This document shows positions 63,964-64,000 of a DNA stretch of 64,000 bases, in pieces. The notes below the pieces were generated by a model, which had not been told where the DNA came from, searched no databases, and was given only the letters and a program-made list of their open reading frames with translations. The stretch covers positions 1,357-65,356 of the forward strand of contig JBCCXY010000007.1 of NCBI GenBank assembly GCA_039190895.1. Reading direction: 5' to 3'. How positions within the stretch are numbered: position 1 is the stretch's first letter; every line of letters starts with the position of its first letter. Both the position numbers and the translations under genes were made by a program. The stretch comes from Pseudomonadota bacterium (GTDB taxonomy: Bacteria; Pseudomonadota; Alphaproteobacteria; Rhodobacterales; Rhodobacteraceae).

Positions 63964-64000
63964 CCGTCTTTACGACTTTATAGTTCCCGTGATAGCTCAC

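Noticed and set aside
1-64000. CRISPR arrays, rRNA genes, integrase/transposase/IS elements
   Set aside because: No regularly spaced direct repeats with unique spacers, no rRNA-like conserved stretches, and no recombinase-like ORFs were recognisable. Island boundaries therefore rest on tRNA proximity, repeats and composition only.

Overview
High-GC alphaproteobacterial (Rhodobacteraceae-like) chromosome segment. Gene calls are from manual reading of the six-frame track, with no database searches run. The track's starts appear to include GTG/TTG codons, so several starts were moved to internal ATG codons that sit next to a ribosome-binding site or overlap the upstream stop (ATGA or TAATG junctions).

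Three blocks stand out.

1. A complete non-flagellar type III secretion system (T3SS) island, about 2.9-24.7 kb, with one TPR lipoprotein at 24.9-25.7 kb. It carries sctJ-K-L-N-O-Q-R-S-T-U, sctD, an sctX/Y-like pair, sctV, and a secretin encoded in two parts. The secretin N-domain protein is at 3.7 kb. The body at 20.6 kb has a Tad/CpaC-like N-terminus and is followed by a lipoprotein. There are small secreted or rod/pilin-like proteins and effector-like genes. The putative regulator is an atypical OmpR-family response regulator whose phospho-acceptor Asp is replaced by Glu (TtsI-like), and tts-box-like motifs sit upstream of several units. The architecture looks most like the rhizobial Rhc family. 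The island is not flagellar: it has a 258-aa SctJ lipoprotein, an FHA-domain SctD and a secretin, and lacks flagellin, hook and Mot genes.

2. A roughly 190-bp MITE/REP-like repeat family in at least four copies. Two sit in tandem splitting sctS from sctT, one follows sctU, and one is inverted inside the second island.

3. A six-gene minus-strand module at 43.5-57.7 kb: two giant DUF4132-like paralogs, a MoxR AAA+ ATPase, a DUF5682-like protein, a VWA protein and a SWIM zinc-finger protein. Gene for gene it matches the E. coli molR/yehI-yehLMPQ cluster, whose function is unknown. It lies next to a tRNA-Lys(CUU) and a degenerate tRNA-Asn-like gene.

The flanks are housekeeping or catabolic:
- CoA-transferase plus a citryl-CoA-lyase-like gene.
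- L-threonate/D-erythronate-type otnC-otnK-ltnD-like genes.
- Sulfoacetaldehyde acetyltransferase (xsc) plus acetate kinase.
- An MttB-family methyltransferase, a TetR regulator and an FAD oxidoreductase.
- A low-GC block with a DMT transporter, phosphohexomutase, LysR regulator and secreted tandem-ABM protein.
- An SPFH protein, cysG and an Lrp regulator.
- A valine-catabolism set: P450, mmsB, 3-hydroxyisobutyryl-CoA hydrolase and isobutyryl-CoA dehydrogenase.

No CRISPR array, rRNA, integrase or transposase was seen.
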